From Clostridia bacterium (lineage in GTDB: Bacteria > Bacillota > Clostridia > Christensenellales > CAG-138), in NCBI GenBank assembly GCA_030527115.1, contig JAUNBM010000006.1:1-62285 (forward strand): a stretch of 62,285 nucleotides of DNA. Direction: 5' to 3'. The translations under genes and the position numbers were made by a program. Position 1 is the stretch's first letter. The number at the start of each line of letters is the position of its first letter. A model generated the notes under the pieces. That model was not told the DNA's origin and searched no databases. It saw only the letters and a list, made by a program, of their open reading frames with translations. This document shows positions 38,822 through 49,565 of this stretch, in pieces.

Positions 38822-39736
38822 TCATCCTTTACACTTCGCCAGCGCCCAATCGAGGGTGACGGCGGGATTGGTTTTGAAGCCGAGCATCCGCTGAGCTTCC
38901 AAGACTGTCTCTATAATACCTTGAATTTGCGCAATTGTAAAGCGCGAGCCGATTTTATCCGTCAGTTCGGCGCAGTCGGCGTTGCGTCCGCCGGCGCAGT
39001 TCAGCGACTTTATCAGCGAATCGCGCAAAAGGGAGAGCCATATGTCGAAAAAATCCGAAAGCAGGGCGGAATCGACACTCCGCTTGCCCTTGCCCGACGT
39101 TCCGCTCAAAAGCTCGGTCAGCTCGCCATAGGGAATATGGGAGAGCATGAGCCGCTCGACGAGGGCGACGGCGGCGGTTCTAAACCTGCGATAATCTTCG
39201 GAGGCGTATCGCCGCGCTTCAAAAAGCCGTCCGTCCGACAGCTTAGCGCATAAACGCGCAAGATCGGGCGCTGTGCCCTCGCTTATCAGCAAACGTTCGC
39301 ATTCGCTTTCGGAAGCGGCCGAGAGCCGGAGCGTCATACAGCGGGAACGGATTGTGGGCAGAAGCCCCGCCTCGGTTCCGGTTAGGATTATCAGGGTGTT
39401 GAGGGGCGGCTCCTCTATCGTTTTTAACAGCACGTTCTGCTCCTGAACCTTGAACAGATGGGCGCTGAAGATCGTCATACAGCGGTTTCCGGCGGAATCG
39501 CCCAGCTCGCGAAAGAGCCGCAAGGAGGAACGAAGGGAGTCTATCCCGCTCGGAACAAGCTCAAGATAGCGCGGGTTATCGCGGAGCAAGGCGGGATTTT
39601 TGGATTTTGCGGTAAACAAGGCCGCCGCCTCGCGGGCATAAAGCTCGCAAAGACCTGCGTCGGGGCCGCAAAGCAGGGCCGCGTGCGGGGCGTTTCCCTC
39701 CGCTATGCTGTTAAACCATCTTTCGAGCGTATTCAA
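38822..39736 (-). CDS. holB: DNA polymerase III delta' subunit
   Basis: TTG start after AAGGAG; QNVLLKTIEEPP and LLPTIRSRC motifs. Confidence 0.85.
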   Translation of the reverse strand: MNTLERWFNSIAEGNAPHAALLCGPDAGLCELYAREAAALFTAKSKNPALLRDNPRYLELVPSGIDSLRSSLRLFRELGDSAGNRCMTIFSAHLFKVQEQNVLLKTIEEPPLNTLIILTGTEAGLLPTIRSRCMTLRLSAASESECERLLISEGTAPDLARLCAKLSDGRLFEARRYASEDYRRFRTAAVALVERLMLSHIPYGELTELLSGTSGKGKRSVDSALLSDFFDIWLSLLRDSLIKSLNCAGGRNADCAELTDKIGSRFTIAQIQGIIETVLEAQRMLGFKTNPAVTLDWALAKCKG

Positions 39737-40199
39737 CGAGTTTCTCCTTGAGTTCGGGACTGATAGACAAAAGGTAGTCCCTGCCATCGGCGGTGAGCCT
39801 GACGGCGTTTTTCCTTTTTCCGCAGTAGAGGCGCGGGCTTTTTACCCCTCTTTCGTATTCCGAGACCGCGGACAGACTGCCAAGCGGAATCGCGAGCAGA
39901 TTGGATTCGCGCCTGCCGACAATCTTATCCACATAGAACGCCTCGTCGGTAAGCGTATAGCGGAAGCCCGTGAGCCGGTAACGGATAATGACGAGCGCGC
40001 CAATGAGCAGAATGACGTAGAGGATGAGCTGAACATAGCCGGTGGGGAGGGGGAGCCGGTCGGAGAACCGGTTGCACGCCCATATCACAAAGAGTACCGA
40101 AGCGAGCAGTAAAAAATACAAAACGCCGTCCGAACGAATGCGTTTCCGCTCCGGATGGCTTTGCTCCGTATGCACCAGATTGAGAGCGCGCTTCTCCAT
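39711..40199 (-). CDS. Hypothetical membrane protein (2 TM plus PH-like segment)
   Basis: Two hydrophobic helices followed by FRYTLT...VDKIVG; overlaps the holB start. Confidence 0.6.
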   Translation of the reverse strand: MEKRALNLVHTEQSHPERKRIRSDGVLYFLLLASVLFVIWACNRFSDRLPLPTGYVQLILYVILLIGALVIIRYRLTGFRYTLTDEAFYVDKIVGRRESNLLAIPLGSLSAVSEYERGVKSPRLYCGKRKNAVRLTADGRDYLLSISPELKEKLVEYARKMV

Positions 40200-40346
40200 G
40201 GCGCTATTTTACCCTAAAAAAAGGCGGCGGTCAAATAAAATTCGCGATTTGGGTTCCTTTGTGTTGCAATGACGGGAGGTATTAAACGGGAGGGGAGGCT
40301 AAGAAAGTAAACAAACCGTAAATGTATAGCTTTGGGTGCTTTAAAG

Positions 40347-40368
40347 CTACCAGATGTTGTGGTATAAT
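40347..40368 (+). promoter_or_regulatory. Extended -10 promoter with overlapping NrdR-box-like site
   Basis: ctaCcAgATgTtGtgg abutting TGgTATAAT upstream of parE. Confidence 0.45.
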
Positions 40369-40411
40369 ATTATTTGGTGAAATGTGGATTTAATTTTTGC
40401 GAGGGTGATTT

Positions 40412-42367
40412 ATGGAATATTCCGTATCGAACATAAAGGTTATGGAGGGGCTGGACGCGGTTAGAATGCGCCCCGGAATGTATATCGGTTCCACCGGTCA
40501 GCGCGGCTTGCACCATCTGCTCTGGGAGATAGTTGACAACTCCATTGACGAGGCGGCAAACGGATATGCCGACGAGATTAGCGTCACTTTGAATCGCGAT
40601 AAGAGCGTTACGGTTTGCGACAACGGCCGCGGCATCCCAGTGGGCATCCACGAGAAGATGGGCGTTTCGGGCGTTGAGGTGGTGTTCACGCAGTTGCATG
40701 CCGGCGGAAAATTCGGCAACGACAGCTATGGCTATTCGGGCGGTCTGCATGGCGTGGGCGCATCGGTGGTAAACGCCCTGTCGCGGTGGACGAAGGTCGA
40801 GGTCTTTTGCGAGAACCGGGCATATAAAATAGAGTTTTCGAGCGAGGAGACGAATGAGAACGGGCATATCATCTCCGGAAAACCCCTCAGCCCCCTGACG
40901 GAGGTCGGACGCACCCGCAAGCAGGGAACGATAGTAACATTTCTGCCCGACGATAGGGTTTTTGAAACGCTGGATATGAGCTATGACATCATTGCCAAGC
41001 GCCTGCGCGAGCTTGCCTATCTCAACAGGGGGGTAAAGCTTGTGCTTGACGATAACCGCGACTGGGGCAAGAACCGGCACGCGGAATTCCGCTTTGAGGG
41101 CGGGCTGTCCGACTTTGTCTCCTATCTCAATGAGGACAAGACCCCGCTCTATTCCGCGCCGATTCATTTTTCCGGCAAAAGCGGGGATATAGCGGTCGAG
41201 GTGGCGATTCAGCACAACGACGGCTTTTCGGACAACATCTTCTCCTATGTGAATAACATCCCGACAACCGAGGGCGGAACGCATGAGACCGGCTTTAAAG
41301 CCGCCCTGACCAAGGTGATGAACGACTATTCGCGCAAGATCGGGGCTTTGAAGGACAAGGATCCCCAGCTTGCGGGCGAGGATTTCAGGGAGGGCATAAC
41401 GGCGGTGCTTTCGCTGAAGATGAAGACCATCCAATTCGAGGGCCAGACCAAAACCAAGCTGGGCAATACCGAGGCGCGCCCGGCGGTGGAGACCGTCGTT
41501 CAGCAACAGCTCTTCGCCTATCTTGAGGACTTGAAGAACGCCGAAACCGCCAACCTCATGGTGGATAAGGCGCTAAAAGCCGCCAAGGTGAGGGCGGCGG
41601 CGAGGAAGGCGAAGGAGACGGCGCGTGAGAAGAATAAGCTCGAAAATGCGCCCCTTGTCGGCAAACTCGCCTCCTGTACCGGCCGCGACTACAGCCGCAA
41701 CGAGCTGTTCATCGTCGAGGGCGATTCGGCGGGCGGTTCGGCAAAGCAGGGGCGTGACCGGAGGTTTCAGGCAATTCTCCCGCTCAGGGGCAAGCCCTTG
41801 AACGTGGAAAAGAAGCGGCTCGAGCAGGTGTTGCAAAACGAGGAGTTCCGTTCGATAATCACGGCTCTCGGCACGGGAATCGGAGAGGACTTCAACATCA
41901 ATACGCTAAAATACGATAAAATTATCATCCTGTCCGATGCGGATCAGGACGGAGCGCATATCCGCGCGATCTTGCTCACCTTCTTCTACCGCTACATGAA
42001 AAAGCTGATCGTGGAAGGGCACGTCTACATGGGGATGCCGCCCTTGTATAAGCTCCAAAAGCCGAACGGCGAGCCGGTATACTGCTATGACGACGCCGCG
42101 CTGAAGCAGGCGTTGCGCGGGATGGGAAAGAACTATACCTTGCAAAGATATAAGGGACTTGGCGAGATGAACCCCGAACAGCTCTGGGAAACCACTATGA
42201 ATCCGGCGGGACGGCGGCTTGTCCGCGTGACCATAGAGGACGCCGCCGAGGTCGAGCATCTCGTTACGGTGCTGATGGGCGACAAGGTTCAGTCGCGCAA
42301 GGAATACATATTCGACCACGCCAATTTTCTGCACGGGCAGACCGTATACGACAAGATCAGGGAGTAA
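40412..42367 (+). CDS. parE: Type IIA topoisomerase B subunit, probably topoisomerase IV
   Basis: RPGMYIG, GGLHGVG, EGDSA, PLRGK, DADQDG, RYKGLGEM; not in a dnaA-dnaN-recF context. Confidence 0.8.
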   Translation: MEYSVSNIKVMEGLDAVRMRPGMYIGSTGQRGLHHLLWEIVDNSIDEAANGYADEISVTLNRDKSVTVCDNGRGIPVGIHEKMGVSGVEVVFTQLHAGGKFGNDSYGYSGGLHGVGASVVNALSRWTKVEVFCENRAYKIEFSSEETNENGHIISGKPLSPLTEVGRTRKQGTIVTFLPDDRVFETLDMSYDIIAKRLRELAYLNRGVKLVLDDNRDWGKNRHAEFRFEGGLSDFVSYLNEDKTPLYSAPIHFSGKSGDIAVEVAIQHNDGFSDNIFSYVNNIPTTEGGTHETGFKAALTKVMNDYSRKIGALKDKDPQLAGEDFREGITAVLSLKMKTIQFEGQTKTKLGNTEARPAVETVVQQQLFAYLEDLKNAETANLMVDKALKAAKVRAAARKAKETAREKNKLENAPLVGKLASCTGRDYSRNELFIVEGDSAGGSAKQGRDRRFQAILPLRGKPLNVEKKRLEQVLQNEEFRSIITALGTGIGEDFNINTLKYDKIIILSDADQDGAHIRAILLTFFYRYMKKLIVEGHVYMGMPPLYKLQKPNGEPVYCYDDAALKQALRGMGKNYTLQRYKGLGEMNPEQLWETTMNPAGRRLVRVTIEDAAEVEHLVTVLMGDKVQSRKEYIFDHANFLHGQTVYDKIRE

Positions 42368-42376
42368 GGAGCGATT

Positions 42377-44782
42377 ATGGCAAAGAAGTCCAAGGATATG
42401 CCCACCCTGCTGGAAACGATAATCCAGCGCAGAATGGAGGAGGTAATGCATCAGTCGATGATGCCTTACGCCGAACACGTTATCTTAGAGCGCGCCCTGC
42501 CCCGGGTCGAGGACGGCTTAAAGCCCGTTCAGCGCAGGATTCTGTTTGCCATGCTGGAGCTCGGACTGTCGCCAGACAAACCGCACAGAAAGAGCGCGCG
42601 CATAGTTGGAGACTGCCTGGGCAAATATCATCCCCACGGCGATTCGTCGGTGTACGACGCGATGGTGAGGATGGCGCAACCCTTCAATATGCGGCTTCCG
42701 CTCGTGGACGGGCATGGCAACTTCGGCTCGATTGACGGCGACTCGGCGGCGGCCATGCGCTATACCGAGGCGCGAATGACTCCGGCGGCGATGCAGCTCT
42801 TGCGCGATATAGACCGCGATACCGTTCCGTTCATGTGGAACTTTGACGATACAGTAAAGGAGCCCGAATTGCTCCCGGGACGGTTTCCCAACCTGCTTAT
42901 CAACGGCGCGAGCGGGATAGCCGTCGGGCTTGCCACCAATATACCGCCGCACAATCCCCAGGAGGCCATCGACGCGGTAATCGCCATGATGGACAATCCG
43001 CGCATCACCATCAAGGAGCTGATGCAGTATCTTCCGGCTCCGGATTTTCCCACCGGCGGTTATATCCTTCAGTCCGATCAGCTTGCGCAGGCATATGAAA
43101 CCGGCAGGGGCAAGCTCACGATGCGCGCGCGCACCCACTTTGAGGAACTCAAAAACGGAAAAACGCTCATCGTCATAACCGAACTGCCCTATCAGGTTAA
43201 CAAGGCGGCGGCGCTTGAAAAGATACTCGCCATCACGCAGGAGAAGAAGGCGCTGTTTTCCGCCGTTTCGGACATTCGCGACGAGAGCGACCGGAGCGGT
43301 ATGCGCGCCGTAATCGAGATAAGAAAGGACGGCGATCCCGAGAGGATTTTGCAGTATTTGTTCAAGTATTCGGACTTGCAATGCACCTTCGGGGTCAATT
43401 TCGTGGCGATAGCCAACGGAAAGCCCCAGCAACTCAATCTTCGCCAGGTCATAGGCCATTATATCCGCCACCAGCGCGAGGTGGTGACTAAGCGCACACA
43501 AAACGAGCTGGAGGTTGCCGAGAAGCGCGAGCATATCCTTGCGGGACTGATGGTTGCGGTGGACAACGTGGATTTGGTAATCAAGCTGATTCGCTCCAGC
43601 AAGAATCCCAAGGAGGCGCGGGAGCGGTTGATGCAACGCTTTAGCCTCAGCGAGATACAGGCGCAGGCGATACTCGATCTGCGTTTACAGCGGCTGACGA
43701 ACCTTGAAATAATCACGATAGAGCGCGAATACGGACAGGTGGTAAAGCGGATAGCCGAGCTGAAGGCCATCCTCGCCTCGGATCGCAAGCTCGTTAACCT
43801 GATAAAGCGGGAGCTTTTGGAGATTCGCGAGCTGTTTGTACAAAAGCGCCTAACCCAGATTATTTCCAAGGAGGACGATATCGACGTTCAGGTTGAGGAG
43901 GAGCAGTTTGTTGAGGATGTGACGATAGCCGTTTGCAAGGACTTAAAGATTCGCAAACTGCCGTCGCGACAGTTTAATCTGTCGCAGATTGCCGCGGATA
44001 TCCCGCTCTATATAGTCGAAACCAGGAGCAACGAAAACCTGCGGCTTATGACCGACAAGGGGTTTTTGCTCAGCCTCAAGGTTGCCGATATTCCGGAAAC
44101 GCGGGCTACGGCGAGAGCCACGAGCCTCGTTTCGCTGTTGACCCTTGAAAAGAACGAGAATATCGTGGCGGCTTTCAACGAAAGCGGGGAGGGCGATTAT
44201 CTGTTCTTCACGAAAAACGGAATGGTTAAGCGCAGTCCCGCGGCCGATTATGCCGTGAGAGCCAAGCGGACTGCGGCAATCGCCCTGAAGGACAAGGATG
44301 AGCTTCTAAAGGTCGTTCGGGCTGGGAGCGAGAGCATCCTGCTCGTCAGCGAACAGGGGATGAGCATACGATTTGAGGCCGACGCCGTTCCGTCGATGGG
44401 GCGGAGCGCGGCGGGCGTTCACGGCATCAAGCTTGAACCGCGCGACCGGCTCATATTCGCTGAACAGACGGGCGACGAGGGCGAGTTGCTGACCATATCC
44501 GATAAGGGCTTTGGCAAGCGGAGCTTCCTCTTCGACTATGAGCTTCAGGGCAGAAACGGAAAAGGAGTAAAGACCTTCGATTTCAAGAAGAACGGTTCCA
44601 ACGGCTCGAAGCTCGTCTATGTCAGAACGGTTCGCGAACCCCTCGACTTTACGCTTTTTCAGCGGCACGGAGCCAAGATTGAGCTGAATTCCGAGCAGGT
44701 GCGTATAGAGCCCAAGAACGGCAAGGGTTCCATGCTGGTAGCCGTGGTGCTGGACGACGATGTGATCGAAGGCCGCCCGTAA
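42377..44782 (+). CDS. parC: Type IIA topoisomerase A subunit, probably topoisomerase IV
   Basis: [21 protein letters not shown]; no GyrA-box at the start of the CTD. Confidence 0.8.
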   Translation: MAKKSKDMPTLLETIIQRRMEEVMHQSMMPYAEHVILERALPRVEDGLKPVQRRILFAMLELGLSPDKPHRKSARIVGDCLGKYHPHGDSSVYDAMVRMAQPFNMRLPLVDGHGNFGSIDGDSAAAMRYTEARMTPAAMQLLRDIDRDTVPFMWNFDDTVKEPELLPGRFPNLLINGASGIAVGLATNIPPHNPQEAIDAVIAMMDNPRITIKELMQYLPAPDFPTGGYILQSDQLAQAYETGRGKLTMRARTHFEELKNGKTLIVITELPYQVNKAAALEKILAITQEKKALFSAVSDIRDESDRSGMRAVIEIRKDGDPERILQYLFKYSDLQCTFGVNFVAIANGKPQQLNLRQVIGHYIRHQREVVTKRTQNELEVAEKREHILAGLMVAVDNVDLVIKLIRSSKNPKEARERLMQRFSLSEIQAQAILDLRLQRLTNLEIITIEREYGQVVKRIAELKAILASDRKLVNLIKRELLEIRELFVQKRLTQIISKEDDIDVQVEEEQFVEDVTIAVCKDLKIRKLPSRQFNLSQIAADIPLYIVETRSNENLRLMTDKGFLLSLKVADIPETRATARATSLVSLLTLEKNENIVAAFNESGEGDYLFFTKNGMVKRSPAADYAVRAKRTAAIALKDKDELLKVVRAGSESILLVSEQGMSIRFEADAVPSMGRSAAGVHGIKLEPRDRLIFAEQTGDEGELLTISDKGFGKRSFLFDYELQGRNGKGVKTFDFKKNGSNGSKLVYVRTVREPLDFTLFQRHGAKIELNSEQVRIEPKNGKGSMLVAVVLDDDVIEGRP

Positions 44783-44794
44783 CTCCTTTTTTGC

Positions 44795-44845
44795 TCCACG
44801 GAGCGTGGATTGCGTCAAATACTCCGACCGAATATAATCGTCGGA
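44795..44845 (+). promoter_or_regulatory. Promoter with flanking palindromic operators
   Basis: TCCACG-gag-CGTGGA directly before TTGCGT-17bp-TATAAT; TCCGAC..GTCGGA brackets the -10. Confidence 0.55.
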
Positions 44846-44857
44846 AGGAGGATGAAG

Positions 44858-45439
44858 ATGAATAACGAAACCGGAAACAAAATTAGAAAGCTAAGGCTCG
44901 AAAAGGGCTTAACCCAGCGCGAGCTTGCGGAAAGCATCGGGGTGTGCGCCAAGACCGTTTCAAAATGGGAGTGCGGAGGCGGACTGCCCGACGTTGGGCT
45001 GTTGCCCCCGCTCTGCAAAGCGCTTCAATGCGACGCATCGGCGCTTTTAGACGACGGTTTGAGCGAGGGGAGCGCCGCCGTAATCAACTTAAGGAAGGCG
45101 CGCTTCTATCGTTGCCCCGTGTGCAAGTCGTTTTGTTTGGGCTTTGGCAACGGCGCGGTTAGCTGTTGCGGCAGGCGGCTGGCCCCGCTTGAGCCCTCGA
45201 AGGCTAAAGAACCGCAGGTTCCCGATATCAGCCTCTCCGACGGCGAGTGGTTCATAAGCTCCGGAATGCCGATGACCAAGGAGGACTATGTGGAGTTTAT
45301 CGCCTTTGCCGGGCAGGACGGATTTCTGCTGTTCCCGCAGTATCCCGAATGGGAGCTAAATGCCCGTATACCGGCGCATTCGCATGGGACGCTTTTTTGG
45401 TATTCCCAAAGGGACGGGTTGCTGTTCAAGCGAATATAA
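44858..45439 (+). CDS. XRE HTH regulator fused to desulfoferrodoxin-like domain
   Basis: AAGGAGG RBS; LTQRELA..GV..KTVSKWE HTH; FYRCPVC...SCCG; PMTKEDYVEFI resembling the SOR domain. Confidence 0.78.
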   Translation: MNNETGNKIRKLRLEKGLTQRELAESIGVCAKTVSKWECGGGLPDVGLLPPLCKALQCDASALLDDGLSEGSAAVINLRKARFYRCPVCKSFCLGFGNGAVSCCGRRLAPLEPSKAKEPQVPDISLSDGEWFISSGMPMTKEDYVEFIAFAGQDGFLLFPQYPEWELNARIPAHSHGTLFWYSQRDGLLFKRI

Positions 45440-45565
45440 TTCGGCGGACAGGACTTATTGGCTGTTGCGCTTTTCGCCCGTTCATGCTAAACTAAAGCAG
45501 GGCGCAAGCATCAAATCGCGCCCAAGGCCGAATTTACGGTGGATTATGTAAGTTGGGGGTGCAGG

Positions 45566-46369
45566 ATGAGCGCGTTTGTATTAAAAATAATCGCTTTGCT
45601 GGCGATGCTTCTCGATCACATTGGCTATGTATTTTGGGAGCCCGGCGATTCTCTTTTGATGCTGTTTCGGTATATTGGCAGAATCGCCTTTCCTATCTTC
45701 GCTTTTCAGATTGCGCAGGGCTATGTCAACACCAAAAATATCTACAAGTACGGGCTGAGACTGCTGATTCTGGCGGTTGTTTCTCAGCTTCCGTTCTTCG
45801 CTTTAAGGCACGGCTTCGTTATGCCGGAGGGGATGAACTGGCTGGGGTTGGCTGACTATATCTATATAGATATGGTTCACAACATCTGCTTCACCCTGCT
45901 GTTCGGGCTGTTTGCCATATATGTATACGACAAGCTCGGAAACTTTCCAAAGTATGAGATTCAAAGCAAGGCCGAGTCGAAGTTCTATAATCTGCTGGGC
46001 TGGTTGCTCAGGATTGCGGCAGTTGTGAGCGTCGCCTTCCTTGCGAGAGGTCTCGGCGTGGAATTCGGCTTCTTTGGCGTTCTGCTTGTAGTGGGCTTCT
46101 ATGCGGCTAAGAATAACCGTATAAAGATAGCGGCGGCGCTTGTGTGCTACGCTGTGCTGTACTTCCTCCGGTCGAACATTCAGGTGATAACGTCTTATCC
46201 CGAGCTGATAGCGGAAAGACTGCCGTTCTATTTCTGCTCGCTGTTCGCTCTGATTCCCATCTACCTGTATGATCCAAATAAACGCGGGTTCAAGTGCCGC
46301 TGGCTGACCTATGCTTTCTATCCGGTGCATATGCTCCTGATTGCGATAGTCGATGCGCTGATTGGATAG
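45566..46369 (+). CDS. TraX family membrane protein (acyltransferase-like)
   Basis: LKIIA..ML.DH, GRIAFPIF..AQGY..T, N.CFTL, YAFYP.H motifs. Confidence 0.85.
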   Translation: MSAFVLKIIALLAMLLDHIGYVFWEPGDSLLMLFRYIGRIAFPIFAFQIAQGYVNTKNIYKYGLRLLILAVVSQLPFFALRHGFVMPEGMNWLGLADYIYIDMVHNICFTLLFGLFAIYVYDKLGNFPKYEIQSKAESKFYNLLGWLLRIAAVVSVAFLARGLGVEFGFFGVLLVVGFYAAKNNRIKIAAALVCYAVLYFLRSNIQVITSYPELIAERLPFYFCSLFALIPIYLYDPNKRGFKCRWLTYAFYPVHMLLIAIVDALIG

Positions 46370-46546
46370 GGCGGGCTTTAAGTCCGTTCAGCCTTCGGGG
46401 GCGGTATTGAAAAACGCATAATACAACCTCGCCATAGAAGCTGAGTGAGGCGAAAAATAGAGCAGTCGGGATATTCCGCCTGCTCTAAGATTTTTATTCG
46501 GCTTTTTATGGCGCGCCCTTGAAATTTCGGCGCGGACTGTCAATCC

Positions 46547-48397
46547 CTACCAGGAGGAGGAATTGATGCTGTCGACATATTCCGTGACGGCGTTGGCAAT
46601 GTTCAATACTACGTCGTCGGAGAATGGATCGCTGAGTCCGGCGTTCATCAGGGTTTCGCGGAACTTGCTGTAGCTTGAGCGCGTCTGAATTTGCAGATAG
46701 ATATTCAGCGCGGCGTCATAATCATCGAGGCTGTACTCAAACACCTGCAAAGCGCCAAGCATCGAGGTCGCATAGCTTATGTAATACATCGGGAGCTGGA
46801 AGTGGTGATGGATGGTCGCCCATTCCAGGCCGCTGTAAAGGTAGAGATCGGCGAAGCCATATTCGGTGGAGAGGCGGTAGTATTCGGCGTTCAGCTCCTC
46901 CAGCGTTGCGTCGGGATGCGCATAGGCATACTGTTGGAATTCGTCCTCCATGCAGGCGGACATGAGCGTGACTAAGGCGGTAAGCACCGCGTCGATGCGC
47001 TGACCGTCGGCATACTGAGTCCCATAAAGCTCCTCCGACTTTGTGAGCATAAGAAGCTCCAGCGCCTGCGAATCCACCTCCGCGAGGTCCAAGCTTCCGT
47101 CGGAAACCCAGCTGGAGCCGGGATTGAAATAGAAGTTCGCGTAATGGCCGAACTCATGCACTATCGTGCTGATGGTGGTGTAACTGCCGTCCCAATGCGA
47201 ATACATAAACGGCGCGTTGTATTCGGAGATGATGGTGGTATAGCTTCCGGGCATCTTAGCGTCGCTGACGTCGAAGTTATACAGATCGTATTCGATCATG
47301 TAATCCCAGGCGGGGAGCAGTTCGGGGACTAAGTCAGAGATGCTCTCGCGGATGGCTTCCATGGTGGGTTCGAGTTGATAGTCCTCCGCTTCATAGATGG
47401 TATCCATGAGGAAATAATAGTTGTAGATCAGCAACGAGCGGTAGACGGGCACGATATAAGTCTTGACGTCGTCCGCAAAGGCAAGGGCATCTTCGGGCGT
47501 GAAGTCGCGCTCGTAGCAGTCGTAGCGGTATTCGGTATAGCTATCGTAGCCGAGAATATCCGCTATCTGAGTTCTCACGTCGATAAGCTCAACAAAGATA
47601 CTGCCGGCGGTTTCGTTAAACTCCGTTAAATAGAGGGTGCGGAGGGTGGAATAAAGCTCATAGTCCTCCAGCGCGTAAATATCATCGAGGGTGTATTCAA
47701 CGCCGCCGTAGCTCAGGGTAAAGCCGGTGTTGAATTCCTCATATTCGCTGCAAAGCGAGGTTTCCTGCTCTATCAGCCCCTGAATGGATTCGTCGTTGAG
47801 CCCGTCGGCAAGCGTAATCGAATCGACATACTCGCTCGAAAAGGCGTCGGAGGTTGAGGGGTCCTCCACCATGGATACGCCGAGATCGACGAGCCGCCAT
47901 TCCGCGTCGCTGAGCGCGTTGGTCAAGTCCTCGTAGTTCTTCTGCATGGTTTCGTTGTTAACGTCCAGGCAATAGAGGATGTAAGCCAGCGAGCATTGGG
48001 AGCTTGCCTGATTATAGCGCTCGCAAAGCTCATCATATTTGCTCAGGCATTCTTCGGGATTCGCGCCCGAATCATATTCAGCCTGAACCGCTTCAATATC
48101 GGCTATCAGCGCGTCCATATCGGGATAAGTAAAAACCATATCCGAGAAATTCACCTCGCCGTGTTGAACGTCGGGGAAAACAATCTCGGTAAGCGGAGCG
48201 GTCGGCTGGGGGCTGGGCTCTTCTTCACCGGCGGAAGCGGTGGGGGAGGGCGTTGTTTCGACCACTTGAGCGGGCGACGGTGTGGAATCATCCCCGATAA
48301 AGTCCCTCGCGGCGTCAATCAGATAACGACAGCCGGACAAGAGCAGACAGAATGCGCAAAGCAGGGCGATAAAAGCAAGTTTAAAAGGCTTCTTCAT
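46547..48397 (-). CDS. Lipoprotein M3-family (oligoendopeptidase F-like) metallopeptidase
   Basis: Lipobox LLLSGC, P/S/T linker, HEFGH zinc motif, AE..SQ.LE, HH...P.YYISY. Confidence 0.82.
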   Translation of the reverse strand: MKKPFKLAFIALLCAFCLLLSGCRYLIDAARDFIGDDSTPSPAQVVETTPSPTASAGEEEPSPQPTAPLTEIVFPDVQHGEVNFSDMVFTYPDMDALIADIEAVQAEYDSGANPEECLSKYDELCERYNQASSQCSLAYILYCLDVNNETMQKNYEDLTNALSDAEWRLVDLGVSMVEDPSTSDAFSSEYVDSITLADGLNDESIQGLIEQETSLCSEYEEFNTGFTLSYGGVEYTLDDIYALEDYELYSTLRTLYLTEFNETAGSIFVELIDVRTQIADILGYDSYTEYRYDCYERDFTPEDALAFADDVKTYIVPVYRSLLIYNYYFLMDTIYEAEDYQLEPTMEAIRESISDLVPELLPAWDYMIEYDLYNFDVSDAKMPGSYTTIISEYNAPFMYSHWDGSYTTISTIVHEFGHYANFYFNPGSSWVSDGSLDLAEVDSQALELLMLTKSEELYGTQYADGQRIDAVLTALVTLMSACMEDEFQQYAYAHPDATLEELNAEYYRLSTEYGFADLYLYSGLEWATIHHHFQLPMYYISYATSMLGALQVFEYSLDDYDAALNIYLQIQTRSSYSKFRETLMNAGLSDPFSDDVVLNIANAVTEYVDSINSSSW

Positions 48398-48477
48398 TTC
48401 GTCATAATCCCTTCTATTTGGATATAATTATTATAGTCGTGCAACGCCTAAATAACAAGCGCGCAAATGTGAAATTA

Positions 48478-48506
48478 TTGTCATGGGGCTTAAACTGTGT
48501 TATAGT
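48478..48506 (+). promoter_or_regulatory. Sigma-A promoter of ddl-murF
   Basis: TTGTCA-17bp-TATAGT with extended TG. Confidence 0.6.
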
Positions 48507-48521
48507 ATATCATGAGAGGAG

Positions 48522-49565
48522 ATGCGTATGGATATTCTGGTTCTCTGTGGAGGGCTTTCGCCGGAACGCGAGGTTTCGCTGTGTTCCGCAACCATGGTGA
48601 CGAACGCCCTGCTGGATAAGGGACACCGGGCGGTGATGGTGGATCTTTTTTTTGGACTGCCCGGCTTTGACGGCGACTTTGAGGCTTTGTTTTCAAATGC
48701 GCGGCAGTTGCCCGCCCATGTAATAGACCCCGACGCTCCGGACTTGAACGCGGTCAAAAGAAGCCGCAAAGACGAGGGGGATACGGACGAGATAGGAAAA
48801 AACGTCCTTGCGCTTTGCCGCTATGCCGACATGGTATATATGGGTTTGCACGGCGACAGCGGGGAGAACGGCAGGCTTCAGGCGCTGTTGGACGAATGCG
48901 GGGTGCGCTATACGGGCTCAGGCGCGGAGGCGAGCAGGCTGGCTATCGACAAGTGGGAGTCCAAGCGGGTGTTTCGGGAAAACGGGATTTTAGTGCCCAA
49001 TGGGATATTACTTCGGCGCGGAGAAGCAGTCGAGCTGAACCAACTGCCCTTTCCCTGCGTGGTTAAGCCCTGTTGCGGCGGCTCGTCGATAGGAACGACG
49101 CTCGTGCGCGATAAGGAGCTTTTGCCGGACGCTATTGAGCTTGCCTTTTTGCAGGAGGACAGGATTATCGTCGAGGAGCTTATAGAGGGCAGGGAGCTGT
49201 CCGTGGGAGTTTTAGGCGGCGATGCGCTCCCGCCCATTGAAATAATGCCCAATTCGGGCTTCTATGATTACCGAAACAAGTATATCGCCGGCTTGACGAG
49301 GGAAATCTGTCCGGCGCCTATTAAAAGCGAGCTGAGAAGCCGCATTTGCGCGGCGGCGGTTCGGGGCTTTGAGGCGCTCAAGATGGCGGTGTACGGCAGA
49401 TTGGATTTTATGCTTACCGAGGACGGACGCTTCTACTGCATGGAGGCGAATACTTTGCCCGGAATGACGCCCACCTCGCTGTTGCCGCAGGAGGCGCAGG
49501 CGGCGGGAGTCGATTATGCGTCGCTCTGTCAGCGGATAGTGGAGCTTTCTAAGGAGAAAAGATGA
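48522..49565 (+). CDS. ddl: D-alanine--D-alanine ligase
   Basis: GG.S.EREVS, LHG..GE.G, GSS, FYDY..KY, EANTLPG. Confidence 0.94.
   Translation: MRMDILVLCGGLSPEREVSLCSATMVTNALLDKGHRAVMVDLFFGLPGFDGDFEALFSNARQLPAHVIDPDAPDLNAVKRSRKDEGDTDEIGKNVLALCRYADMVYMGLHGDSGENGRLQALLDECGVRYTGSGAEASRLAIDKWESKRVFRENGILVPNGILLRRGEAVELNQLPFPCVVKPCCGGSSIGTTLVRDKELLPDAIELAFLQEDRIIVEELIEGRELSVGVLGGDALPPIEIMPNSGFYDYRNKYIAGLTREICPAPIKSELRSRICAAAVRGFEALKMAVYGRLDFMLTEDGRFYCMEANTLPGMTPTSLLPQEAQAAGVDYASLCQRIVELSKEKR

Noticed and set aside
40412-44782. gyrB-gyrA and replication origin
   Set aside because: No GyrA-box at the CTD start and no dnaA/dnaN/recF or DnaA-box cluster; better read as topoisomerase IV
45566-46369. 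Conjugative element suggested by TraX
   Set aside because: No relaxase, T4SS, integrase or att sites; orphan TraX-family genes are common on Firmicute chromosomes
48522-49565. Vancomycin-resistance ligase
   Set aside because: Omega loop FYDYRNKY is D-Ala-D-Ala type, the gene is paired with murF, and no vanHX/RS are present
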